Source: Prorocentrum cordatum (Eukaryota). From it: a DNA stretch of 64,000 nt. The position numbers and the translations under genes were made by a program. The notes beneath the pieces were generated by a model that was given only the letters and a program-made list of their open reading frames with translations, had not been told where the DNA came from and did no database searches. Location of the stretch: contig CAUYUJ010000165.1 of the NCBI GenBank assembly GCA_963575745.1, positions 1 through 64,000 on the forward strand, written 5' to 3'. Positions 12,838 through 24,033 of the stretch are shown here, piece after piece (position 1 is the first letter of the stretch; every line of letters starts with the position of its first letter).

Positions 12838-13339
12838 GAGAGCCTCCCGACTTGGCCCTCGGGCCCCCCCCCCCGCTGCTCTCCGGCGGCCGCCCGCGAC
12901 GCCCCGGGCTCCCCCTGGGGCGCCCCTCGCGATACGAGGCGCGGCCGCCGGAGGGCCCCCGGGAGGCGGGGAGGCAGGAGGAGGAGGAGGTGGGGGAGGA
13001 GGCAGGAGGAGGAGGAGGAGGAGGAGGAGGAGGAGGAGGAGGAGGAGGAGGAGGAGGAGGAGGAGGAGGAGGCGGAGGAGGAGGAGGAGGAGGAGGAGGA
13101 AGGAGGAGGAGGAGGAGGAGGAGGAGGACGGGGAGGAGGAGGAGAGGAGGAGGAGGAGGAGGAGGAGGGGGAGGGGGAGGCAGGAGGAGGAGGAGGTGAA
13201 GGAGAAGGACTTCGACGAGCTCCACTGCCATCGACGAGAGCGCACGGAAGCCTCGGCCTTCGACCCTGCCTCGCTCCCTCCCGCCCCGCCCCCTGGGGCG
13301 CGGAGGGGGGGGGGCATTCGTGGCCCCGCTCGGGGCGCC

Positions 13340-13492
13340 CGCTGCATCTCGCCGGGGTCCCACGCATGCAGCAGGCCCTGCGTGGCCGCGTCGTGCGCTG
13401 GGAGGCTGCCGACGAAGCTGCGCACGTGCTTCCACAGCACGGCCTGCATCCTGGCCTCCAGCTGCCGCCACTCCTCGTCCTCCCACTTCTTC
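13340..13492 (-). CDS. Host gene exon D (KKWEDEEWRQLEARMQAVLWKHVRSFVGSLPAHDAATQGLLHAWDPGEMQ)
   Basis: CAG|G acceptor in phase 2 continues exon C (ELARLRKKWEDEEW); GC3-rich codons. The donor position is ambiguous (13339-13353). Confidence 0.72.
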
Positions 13493-13887
13493 CTGCGGTG
13501 GGGGAATCGAGGACCACCTCGGCGTTACGACTTTTTTTTTTCCGCTGGGCGTTTTTGCCCAGTTTCGGGCCCCGGGACCCTCACGGATCCATCCAGCTCG
13601 AACAACTGCAATCGAAAAATGAGGTCTGGGGCTCCGCCTGTGACTCCTCGCGATGTTGCTTGCCAATTGTCCCAGCGTCGAATCTCACGGTTCGGTCCTT
13701 GTTGGACGTCTGGAGGCCTCTGGAGCTTCCGGGAAACTCTGGAGACCTCCCGAAGGAGCATCCAGGACGGGGACGGAGAAAGGGTGGGGGAGAGGACAGG
13801 ATCGGGGGCGAGAAGGATGGGGAGGCAGAGAGAAAGGAGTAGCGGAGGGCGAGGAGGAGGAGGGAGGAGGGCAAGGAGGGAGGGGAG

Positions 13888-14440
13888 TAATAATAATAAT
13901 AAGAATAACAATAATAATACTAATAATAATAATAACAATAAGAATACTACTACTTCTACAAATAATAATAATACTAATAATAATACGAATACTAATAATA
14001 CTAATAAATATAAAAATAAATAATAGTACTATTAATAATACTAATAATAATAATAATACTAATAATAACGATGCTAATACTAGTAATGATGATGAGAGTT
14101 GCAATAAACACAATAATCTTAATACTACTAATAATAATACCACGGATGATACTAACAACAAACATACTGTCATAATGATGATATTACTAGCAATCATGCC
14201 AATCCTACCACTCAACATAATACGAATAATAGCATGGGTAATGCTAATGCTGATAATAATGTTAATACTACGACTACCACGACGACTACTACTACTAATA
14301 ATAATACGAGTACGGATAATAAGAACAATGTTAACAATAATGATACGAATTGTAATACTAATATGTGTAAGAAGAGGAATAATCCGAGGAATATTACCAA
14401 AACCAACAACAATGGTAGTAAGACTAGCCGCATTATACTA
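13888..14440. repeat. Degenerate (AAT)n microsatellite
   Basis: Seen directly. Confidence 0.9.
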
Positions 14441-15987
14441 ACACAAGGAAGAATCCACATAACGATGAGAAGGAGCAGCAGGGCGAGGATGAGGAGGGAG
14501 AAGGGGGAGGAGGGACACAAAGAAGAGGAGGAGGAGGAGGAGGAGCAGGAGCCCGAGGAGGATGAGGGAGGACGACGATCGACGACAGAAGACCGACCAA
14601 CGCCGACGGACGACCGACGACGACGACGACCACCAGGACGGGGCAGGAGGCCCGCGAGGCTCCTGCACGCCTCCAGCTCCCTCGCCGCGCCTGCCACGAC
14701 CTCGCGGAGCGAGGGCCAGCGACCCACGCCAGACGACGGACGGCCCGTGACGACCACGACCGCCCACGACGACTGCGACGGCGTCCGGCAGCGGACGACC
14801 ACGACCACGGACGAGGCGCGGCACACCACGGACGAGGAGGAGGAGGAGGAGGAGGAGGAGGAGGAGGAGGAGGAGGAGGAGGTGGAGGAGTAGGAGGAGG
14901 AGGAGGGGGGAGGAGAGGCAGGGGAGGAGGAGGAGGAGGAGGAGGAGGAGGAGGAGGAGGAGGAGGAGGAGGACGACCGCGACAGCGGACGAGAGGCGAC
15001 GGGCGCCCGACGGCGGCGCGGCCACGGGCGGCGACCCCGAGGGCCGGACGACGGCGGACGCCTGCGGCGGCGGACGCACGGGCGGACGACCGCGCGCGGC
15101 GACCACGGCGCACCGCGACCACGGGCCGCGCGCGAGGACGGGCGGCGGGGGCAGCGCTCCCCGCGGCCTCGCTGACGTGGCCCACCCGCTCGCGCCCGAG
15201 CTCCGCCAGCACCTCACTGGGCGGCGGGCGGGGGCACCCGCCCTGCCTCGCCCAGCCCCTCGCCCCCCCCCCCCCCCCGGAAGGAGGGAAGGTTGAGGAG
15301 GAGGAGAAGGAGGGAGGGAGGGAGGGAGAGGGAGAGGGAGTAGGGAGGAGGAGGAGGAGGAGGAGGAGGTGAGGAGGAGGAGGAGGAGGAGGAGGAGGAG
15401 GAGGAGGGGGAGGAGGAGGAGGAGGAGGCGGGAGGAGGAAGGAGGAGGAGGGAAGGAGGATGAGGGAGGCAGAGCAGCAGCCCGGCCAGCCGCCCTTCCA
15501 GTGCCCTGACGCACGGGCGCCGCGGGGAAAAAACGCGAGGGGCGCTCCTGCCCCGCCTCGGGGCTCCCCCCGCTCCCTCCGGCGCGGCCCCAGAAGGCTC
15601 CAGGCCCAGCCCACAGCGGACGTCCGCGCCCAACCGCGCACGCGAAGGCGGCCCCCCCAGTCCGCGAGACCAGTCTTGCGACACTGTTTTGATCCGCGGG
15701 TCGAGAGCGCACCTCTGCCGGTCGAAGCTGAGCGGGCCGCGCGCGAAGCTTGAATTCACAAAGGGGGGGACGGACGGTGCGCGGCCTCACGGCAAGGCCA
15801 GGAGGAGGCAAAGCCTCGGGATCAGGCGGTGCCGAAAACGACGTGCTGCCAGTCTGCGAGACCCGTCTTGTGACACGCCCGTTCGCAAAACGCATACTTT
15901 CGAAACCGGCGTGGGGTCGTGTACGTGTACGCCCTGCTCTCGCTTCTGCAGAAGCGCGCGCCGCTACAGCAGGAGCTCGACCACAAG

Positions 15988-16107
15988 AAACCTTCCACAA
16001 GAAACTCAACCCTGAGACCCCAGGACGTCCATTGAATGTCACGCTTCCCATAGCAAAACCATGGAAGCCGAGGACAAACTGGTGGCAAGCAAGGTGCTTC
16101 TTGGCAG
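15988..16107. repeat. Dispersed repeat family (aaaccttccacaagaaa..ccctgagaccccaggacgtcc)
   Basis: Other copies at ~20661-20803 and ~55528-55640. Confidence 0.75.
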
Positions 16108-16946
16108 GTTCGTACCGTGCCAACTTCGGCGCTGGTTTCTGACGCCGCCGGGGTCGTTCAACCTGGAAGGATCGGTTTCCGAAGCGCCAGACCGTTCAAC
16201 ATCGACCGATCCTGGGCCGCCGCCGGCGTTCAACCTGGAACGCCGGCGGCGGGGTCGCCGCCGGTCGACACGACGCAAACCTGCAGTACGTGTACGTCCT
16301 GCTCGCGCTTCGGAAGGTTAACGTTTCCTCATTCGGCGTTTGGGCGCTGGGTGGAAGGGGGGGAGGGGGGGGTGGCTCCGTACCTCTGCTCACGGCGACT
16401 GTCTGCAGATGGGGGAGGGATCCCGCCTGCTCGAGACCGGCGCCAGAAACAGCCAAGAGCTGCTCCATGCGGGGGGGGGGAGGGGGGGGGGCGAGAGCCC
16501 GCGCCGATCGGCAAAACAATGAATAAGGAAACGATCACAAGCAGCGCGCGCCGCCGCCTCCTCACGATAAGACAAGCGCCGAGGAGGCGGACCAGGCTTC
16601 AGCCAACACAATGGGTTCCAGCGGGTGGCGCTTAGGGTCTTTTCAGCCCATACCCATTAACCACTTCCGCCACCAGCTGGACCCCGAGACGGCACCAGAC
16701 GCAGCGAAAATGCCACGAATTTCGGTGCCACCACCTGCGTCCACAATTCAAGACGCAACGAAAATGTCACGAATTTCGGTGCCCATGCGGACCCCGAGAC
16801 TCGCCTGCGAACTCTCTGGTGGAGCTCGCCCGCGCGGGCCGCGAAGGCGGCTCGGACCCGGGCCCCCTCCGTGGCGGAAGCCCACCGGTGGGGAACCTCC
16901 GTGGCCCGTGCTCCGAGCTGCGCGCCAGGCCGTGGCGACGACGATC

Positions 16947-16977
<31 letters not shown>

Positions 16978-17092
16978 TCACGACGACGACGACGACGATC
17001 ACGACGACGACGACGACGATCACGACGACGACGACGACCACGATCACGACGTCGACGACGACGACAACGACGTCGACGACGACGACAACGAC

Positions 17093-17124
<32 letters not shown>

Positions 17125-20100
17125 TGACGAGGCGTGCCCTGCATCTCCCCAAAGGCGTGGGATAATGCGTGTGATCGCAACCAGCTGTTCAGGGTCTCTG
17201 CTTCCAACGGCGCGGCTGCCCTGGGTCACGATGCTGTATTTGTTTGTTCTGTGCCAGCGCAGCGTTCGTCCTCGCACGCCTCTTCTCCAATGCCTGCGAT
17301 GAGGCTAGTAGTCGGCTTCGCTGGCTATGGCAGGTGCCATTGTGTCGGTCTGTGTGGGCCGCATGGCCACGCGCTGCTAGATCCTCGCTGTTAGCCCTGC
17401 CTGCTCCTTGTGAAGCGGCTCGCAGGCTCATCCCCGGCGCCCGGCGTGGCCCTCGCCCTCCTCGCCGCTCTCTCGTCTCGCCCCATCCCTCGCCCGTGCG
17501 CTCGCCCGTGCGCCCTCCGTGCACGGGCGAAGACGCCACAAGCGCCCGAGGCCGACTTGGCAGCCGCCCCCCCCCGCGGGTCTTGCAGGCATTCGCGAGG
17601 AGCGAGACCGTGAACCCCGCTCCCCCGCTCGCGCCCCCCTGCAGGCATTTGCGGCACCCCCGCTCGCGGCCCCTTGCACGAGTAGCGCGAGGCCGTGAGG
17701 TGGGCTGGGCCCCCTCTTCTCCCCGTCGTTTCCCTCCCCCCCACCTGCACGCAGATGCTGATGCGTGATCGTGGTCACTGCAACCCCTGGTTCCGATCAC
17801 GCTGCGCAGCACCAAGAGGAGGGCGCGGATTCCAGGATCTGGGCAGAGGAGGGGCTCCCGTGGATTCCAGGATCTGGGCAGAGGAGGAGCTCCCGTGGCG
17901 TTCCACTGCTCGTCTGCACCGCCTGACGGGTCCGCAGGCAGCGGGCCTTCCAGACGCTGAGCCTATGGATGCCGACACGGTCGAAGGTACGGAGGTTAGT
18001 GCAGTCGGGCATGCAGGTGCCCGAGACACTGCAGAAGGCGCTGACGCTACGGAAGCGAGACAGCCGCCGCAGGAGGTAGACACAGCTGCTGCTACGAGGT
18101 GCCTAGAGGACGCGTCAACGCCAGAGCACGCAGGCGCGAAGAAGGCGAATGATGGGCCACCACCTGCTCCGCAGCGTTCCACCTCGGGACGTCAGCGCGC
18201 GAGCCCGACAGAACTCCCTCGGAGTCCCTGTGCTTCCCGGCAGCTTCTGCGGAGGCGGCCTGCGCCTCCGTCGGCAGTCACGGAGGGGCCCGTGGGCCAC
18301 GCGGCACCACGAGAGGAGTGATGAGCCCCGGGGAGCGGGATGCGCAGGCGTCCAATCCTCGACAACCACAGCCCCAAAGGAAACCGCAAAACTCCTCAAC
18401 GCGCTTGCCCTCCGCGACGCTCACTGAAAGCGGCCCGAAGCACCGATCGTCCCGAGGGACGCCAGCATTGTTGGCCCATGGACACAAGGTGCTGGAGGTG
18501 CTTCATACCGATCAGAGATTAGCGACAGATCGACGCTGAGCACTGCTGGGGGCACAGGTCGAGCCGGCGGCAGAACGATCTGCAACCATTCCTCTGGTCG
18601 GTCTCATCGTCGTTGAGACACCCATGGTCGATCCCACCGCAATGCTAGAACTGGCATCCCTGCAAGCGTGCACCTGGGATCTCTCTCTCTCTCTCTCTCT
18701 CCCGCTCTCTCTGGCCGTCGTTGCTTCTGCGAGCGCCGCACCACCCCCGTCCTCATTGGCAACCTGCCGAGCAGACGGGGCCAAAGCTACAGCGACGAGC
18801 AGGCCGATGGTGGCACTCAGGGCCCTGATGAGTGCGGCTGCAGGCGCACACACCCCATGTCACCAACATTCTGTGGAAATGGCAAGAACGAGTACCGCTG
18901 CACCCGGGCCGAGCACCAACGGAGGAGAAGCCGCTGTCGGCGCCAGAATCCTACCGCGGACCCCGGAGAATCCCACAGGCGGAGAAGACGACGGAGAGGA
19001 CGCAGCGGGCCCGGTAGCCCGGCTCGCGATCCTCGAGGAAGCCGCAGGTGGAGACGAGTATGGGGGAGCAGTTGTCGCGGCCCTCGGCGGAGACAGGGCT
19101 GTGGGAGTCACCATCGCCGCTGCCCGAGAGGACGCCGTCCGCGAAGGAGCCGCAACGCCCTCCTCGAGTCCGTCCCCAGAGAGGTCGGAGCCAGAGGAGG
19201 GACGGAGACCCGCCCAACCACCGAGCCACCCCCTCGATCCTGCGAGCAGTCTGGCGCACCCTGGCCTGTCGTGGTGCGCGTGGCGATGTGGAAGGCAACG
19301 CCGAGGCGCTCCGCGGCCCTGCAGGCGCTGTGCGCGGTGCGCCCGCCACGACGAGCTCGCCGCGCTGCGACAGAGAGCCACTCGGCGTGCTGGGGGGCCG
19401 AGGAGGAGGAGGAGGAGGAGGAGGAGGAGGAGGAGGAGGAGGAGGAGGAGGAGGAAAGGAGGAGGAGGAGGAGGAGGAGGAGGAGGAGGAGGAGGAGGAG
19501 GAGGAGGCGCAGCGCCCAGCAGCCGCAGGCATCTGCCCCGAAGATCCGCAGGGAGGGCGGACGCCCTCACGGACGGCGGGGAGGCACGATGTGGAAGTCC
19601 CGACGGGGGTGCCGAGCCAGCCGCAGGGGAGAACCACGCCGTGTTGATCCAACAGGTGGCGGCGGAGAAGGTAGAGGGGGGAGAGAAGGAGGAGGAGGAG
19701 GAGGAGGAGGAGGAGGAGGAGGAGGAGGAGGAGGAGGAGGAGGAGGAGGAGGAGGAGGAGGAGGAGGAGGAGGAGGAGGAGGAGGAGGAGGAGGGTTCCT
19801 TTGCCGCGATGCTGGGGGCTTCCCTGTCAGGAGGGCTGGACAGAGATCTCCCCCTGATGCTGGGGCAAAGCATCCATGCATAGATAGGAGGATGAGGAGG
19901 AGGAGGAGGAGGAGGAGGAGGAGGAGGAGAAGTAGGAGGAGGAGACGGAGGAGGCGGAGGAGGCGGAGGAGGAGGAGGACGACGACGACGACAAGGACGA
20001 GGACGACGGCAAACGACGACGCACGATGACGACGACTTCCCTCCCCTGGGGCGCGGCGCCCCCACGAGAACTCCGCAGGGCACCCCCGAGAGGCCCCGAG

Positions 20101-20224
20101 AGGGCGGAGACGCTGGTCGCCAGCGCCGGCCGTCGGGCGCTCTCGGCTCCCGCGTGGTCCCGGGAGCGGGCGCGGATGGCCGGCGCGAGCAGCGCAAAGC
20201 TCACGCGGCACGCGCTCCGTGCGC

Positions 20225-20464
20225 TTGCTGGGCCTGTTTTCCACCACCACCGTAAGTTGGAGGGGAGAAGAAGGTGAAGAATGAGGAGGAGTAGGAGGAG
20301 AAAGAAGAAGAGGAGGAGGAGGAAGAAGAGGAGGGGGAGGAGGAGGAGGAGGAGGAGGAGGAGGAGGAGGAGGAGGAGGAGGAGGAGGAGGAGGAGGAGG
20401 AGGAGGAGCAGGACCCCCTCCCCCTCCTGCTCCTGGTGGTGGCGGTGGAAAACAAGCCCACCAG
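20225..20464. mobile_element. GGA-filled MITE (copy 2)
   Basis: Same TIRs with a GGA core. Confidence 0.7.
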
Positions 20465-21509
20465 CGCCCGCTCCCCCATCCCCCTCCTCTGGGAAGAGAC
20501 GAGCTCTGCATGGTATGAGCACGATTTTGCGGACGTCCGCGCGGATTATTTTTCGGAATGGCGCCGGGCCCCCCCCCTCACTCTGGCGGCGGGGTGCCAG
20601 CGCGGATCCCAGAAATCCGCCAGGAGCCCCGAAAAGTTGCAGCAGGAGGTCGAGCACAACAAACCTTCCACAAGAAACCTGACCCTGAGACCCCAGGACG
20701 TCCATTGGTTTATGGTGAGGGAACGTCGTGCTTCCCACGGCAAAGCCATCGAAACCCAAGAAACCCAGGGCACCGTGGAGGCAAGCAGGATGTTTCTTGG
20801 CATGGGCTTCTTCTGTGAGCAACGACCGACGACACGACCCCGCGGGGCGCCTCCCGCGCGCACCTCTGCTCTGCGCGGCGAGACCCAACCGTGGTGACGA
20901 GGGCACTCAACGAATGGGGCAGAGGCACTGGTCGTGTGCGAAGAACATATGCGTATCCGCGGCATCACGGGCCGGTCCCCGGGGCCGCGACCTCGCGAAG
21001 AAGGGGCGTTGGTTCGCGGATCCGATGCACCGCGCGGAACGTCTCCGTGCGACCGCGTACCTGCGAGGTCGCGCCCCAGACTCAACACTGCGAGGGCGCG
21101 TGTGCGGATAGATTGGCCACACGTGCACCGAGGAAGGTGGAAGGGAGAGGAGGAGGAGGAGGAGGAGGAGGAGGAGGAGGAGGAGGAGGAGGAGGAGGAG
21201 GAGAACATGGCCAGACGTTCCTGCAGCTATACGCAAGGAGCATCCCTAATTAGGCAGGTGACCCGCAGGGGGGGCCGAATCCGAGCGCACAGGCAGCTGC
21301 TTGGGGGACCCCCGTCGGCCCGCCACAAGGGCCACTCTGGCGAGGGGCCCTCCTCCATCCTCCTCCTCCTCCTCCTCCTCACCTCCTCCTCCTCCTCCTC
21401 CTCCTGAGCTCCTCCTCCCTCCTCTCTCTCCTCCTCCTCCTCCTCCTCCTCCTCCTCCTCCTCCTCCTCCTGTCGGCCCGCAACAAAGGACACTTGGCAC
21501 CAATAACGG

Positions 21510-21672
21510 GCGAAGAACGGTATATAATAAACTTTGTCGCCGTCGGGTACACCTGCCCCAGGGCGGCTGGAAAGCTTATACCCTTACGGTGGCACCGTAG
21601 GGGTATAAACTTTCCAGCCGCCCAGGGGCAGGTGTCCCCGACGGCGGAAAGTTTATTTTATACCGTTCTTCG
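21510..21672. repeat. Long foldback palindrome (~80-bp arms, 3-nt loop)
   Basis: gcgaagaacggtata...cccttacggt GGC accgtaggg...tataccgttcttcgc. Confidence 0.85.
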
Positions 21673-21753
21673 CTCGCTGAGAGATCCGACGAGGCGCGAA
21701 TTTGAGCCACCGCGAAGGATCACGACACGAAATCCAGAACCCATCTTCCTGCG

Positions 21754-21984
21754 TTGGGCGCCCGAGTTGTTCGGGGTAACTCGGGTCTGGGGTAAGTCGG
21801 GTTTGGATTCCCGAAAAAAGAACCCGAATTAGCCCTGACCCGAGTTACCCCTGATGATGTGGGGCTCTGGACGCCCGAATTATCCGGGGTAACTCGGATC
21901 CGGGGCAACCCGGGTTCGGACTCCCGAAAAACGAACCCGAATTAGCCCTGACCCGAGCTAACCCTGATGATTCGGGGCTCTGAG
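21754..21984. mobile_element. Dimeric hairpin retroposon-like element, copy 1 (125-bp TSD)
   Basis: TTGGGCGCCCGAG...GGGGCTCTGAG with two ~112-bp palindromic units; flanks 21629-21753 and 21985-22109 are direct repeats. Confidence 0.8.
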
Positions 21985-22960
21985 CAGGTGTCCCCGACGG
22001 CGGAAAGTTTATTTAATACCGTTCTTCGCTCACTGAGAGATCCGACGAGGCGAGAATTTGAGCCACCGCGAAGGATCACGACTCGAAATCCAGAACCCAT
22101 CTTCCTGCGCCATCTTAAAACAGGGCTAGGATCGGGATAAATCGCTCCAGAGCGTTCCGGAGCCCTCTCAGAGCGTTCCGGAACGCTCTGGAGCGGCCGC
22201 GGCGCCCAATACATCCTCCAAACCCGCCGATTCTCAGATATTTCGAGTTATCCCGATCCGATTTTGTCCCGATCTTCGCGTCGTTTTACATCTTTCGACA
22301 CGGATCGACCTCTGAGGGCCCCCGGGGGCCCGCAACAGGGCGACGGCGCCCGGCCCGAGGAGCAGCGAGACGCCCGGAGCTCGGGGCCGCGCGTGGCGTG
22401 GCGCGCTCCTCCTCTCGGAGCCGCGGCCCCCGCCGGACCCCGCGCGCCTCCCGCGCGCTCTCCTCGAACTCGGCGTGCTGGTCCTCGTACCTGCCGGCGG
22501 CCGGGGCAAGCGTTAGGTCGGGCATGCCCTCCGGGCGGAGTTGGGGCGGAACGTTGCATAAAAAGCCTAGCAATAGGCAAACCATATCCAGAACAGTTGT
22601 TTGACCATCTTTGAATGGGGTGGGGGCATTTTTTTACTCTTCGAGCGGGCGCAAGCACCCGCGTGGTCATGCCACGAATTCACGGGCGCTGCCGCTCGCC
22701 CGCGCAAACGGCGCGGGACTGCGGCGGGTGGGGGCATTGGATAAGGAAACCTTCGATCAGGAATCCAGGGTCTGGCAGCTGGTGGAACTCGAATCGGCGC
22801 TTGGCCATGGATATCATTTCGCCCTCATCAGATAAGGAATCCTCCAGGGTTTGCAGCCTCCTGGGCGCATTCCTTAACGAACGCCCCCACCACATTCCTC
22901 CTGCAGAGGGACAGGCCCAACTTCTAGGTGGACGGCTTCCCCTGGGGCCGTAGGTGACCC

Positions 22961-23972
22961 GAGGAGAGGAGGGCGAGGAGGGCGAAGAGGAGGAGGAGGA
23001 GTAGGAGGAGGAGGAGGAGGAGGAGGAGGGGAGGGCAGGAGGAGGAGAGGGAGGGAGGAGGAGGTGGAGGAGAGGAGGAGGAGGAGAGGAGGAGGAGGAG
23101 GGGAGGAGAAGGAGGAGAGGGAGGAGGAGGAGGAGGAGAGGAGGAGGAGGAGGAGGAGGAGGGGAGGAGGAGGAGGAGGAGGAGGAGGAGGAGGAGGAGG
23201 AGGGCGGGGGGAAGGAGGAGGGGAGGAGGAGGAGGAGGAGGAGGAGGAGGAGGAGGAGGATGAGGAGGAGTGAGGAGGAGGAGAGGAGGAGAGATGAGGA
23301 GGAGAGGAGGAAGGAGGAGGAGGAGAGAAGGAGGAGGAGGAGGACGGAGGAGGAGGAGGAGGCGGAGGAGGAGGCGGGGGAGGAGGAGGGGGGAGGAGGA
23401 GGAGGAGGAGGAGCGAGGAGGAGGAGAAGGAGGAGGAGGAGGAGGAGGTAGAGAGGAGGAGAGGAGGATGAGAAAGGAGGATGAGAGGAGGAGGAGGAGG
23501 AGGCAGGAGGGGAGGAGGAGGAGGAGGAGGAGGAGGAGGGGAGGAGGAGGAGGAGGATGGCTGGCGAGGAGGAGGAGAGGAGGAGGAGGAGGAGAAGAGG
23601 TGGAGAGGAGAGAGGAGGATGAGAGGAGAGAGATGAGGAGGAGGAGGAGGAGGAGGAGGAGGAGGAGGAGGAGGAGGAGGAGGAGGAGAGGAGGAGGAGG
23701 AGGAGGTGGAGGCGGAGGCGGAGGCGGAGGAAGAGGAGGAGGAGGAGGAGGAGGAGGAGGAGGAGGAGGAGGAGGAGGAGGAGGAGGAGGAGGAGGAGGA
23801 GGAGGAGAGAGGAGGAGAGAGAGGAGGAGGGAGGAGGAGGAGGAGGAGGAGGAGGAGGAGGAGAAGGAGGAGGAGGAGAGGAGGAGGAGGAGGAGGAGGA
23901 GGAGGGGGAGGAGGAGGAGGAGGAGGAGGAGGAGGAGGAGGGGAAGGAGGAAGAGGAGGAGGAGGAGGAGGA
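22961..23972. repeat. ~1-kb imperfect (GGA)n microsatellite at the LINE 3' flank
   Basis: Seen directly; many more GGA/CCT tracts occur throughout the window. Confidence 0.95.
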
Positions 23973-24033
23973 GGCACCCGACCGAGAAAGGTTCGACCTA
24001 ATTCACAGCTGCATGCACTCATGGAGGGGGGGA

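Noticed and set aside
21840..21885. CTGATGA followed by a stem in the hairpin element (hammerhead/retrozyme core)
   Set aside because: The stem is followed by GAAT/GAGT rather than GAAA, and no stem III/NUH could be identified.
22720..22870. Exon-like peptide RLQTLEDSLSDEGEMISMAKRRFEF
   Set aside because: It aligns with a diverged non-coding repeat at 58410-58535.
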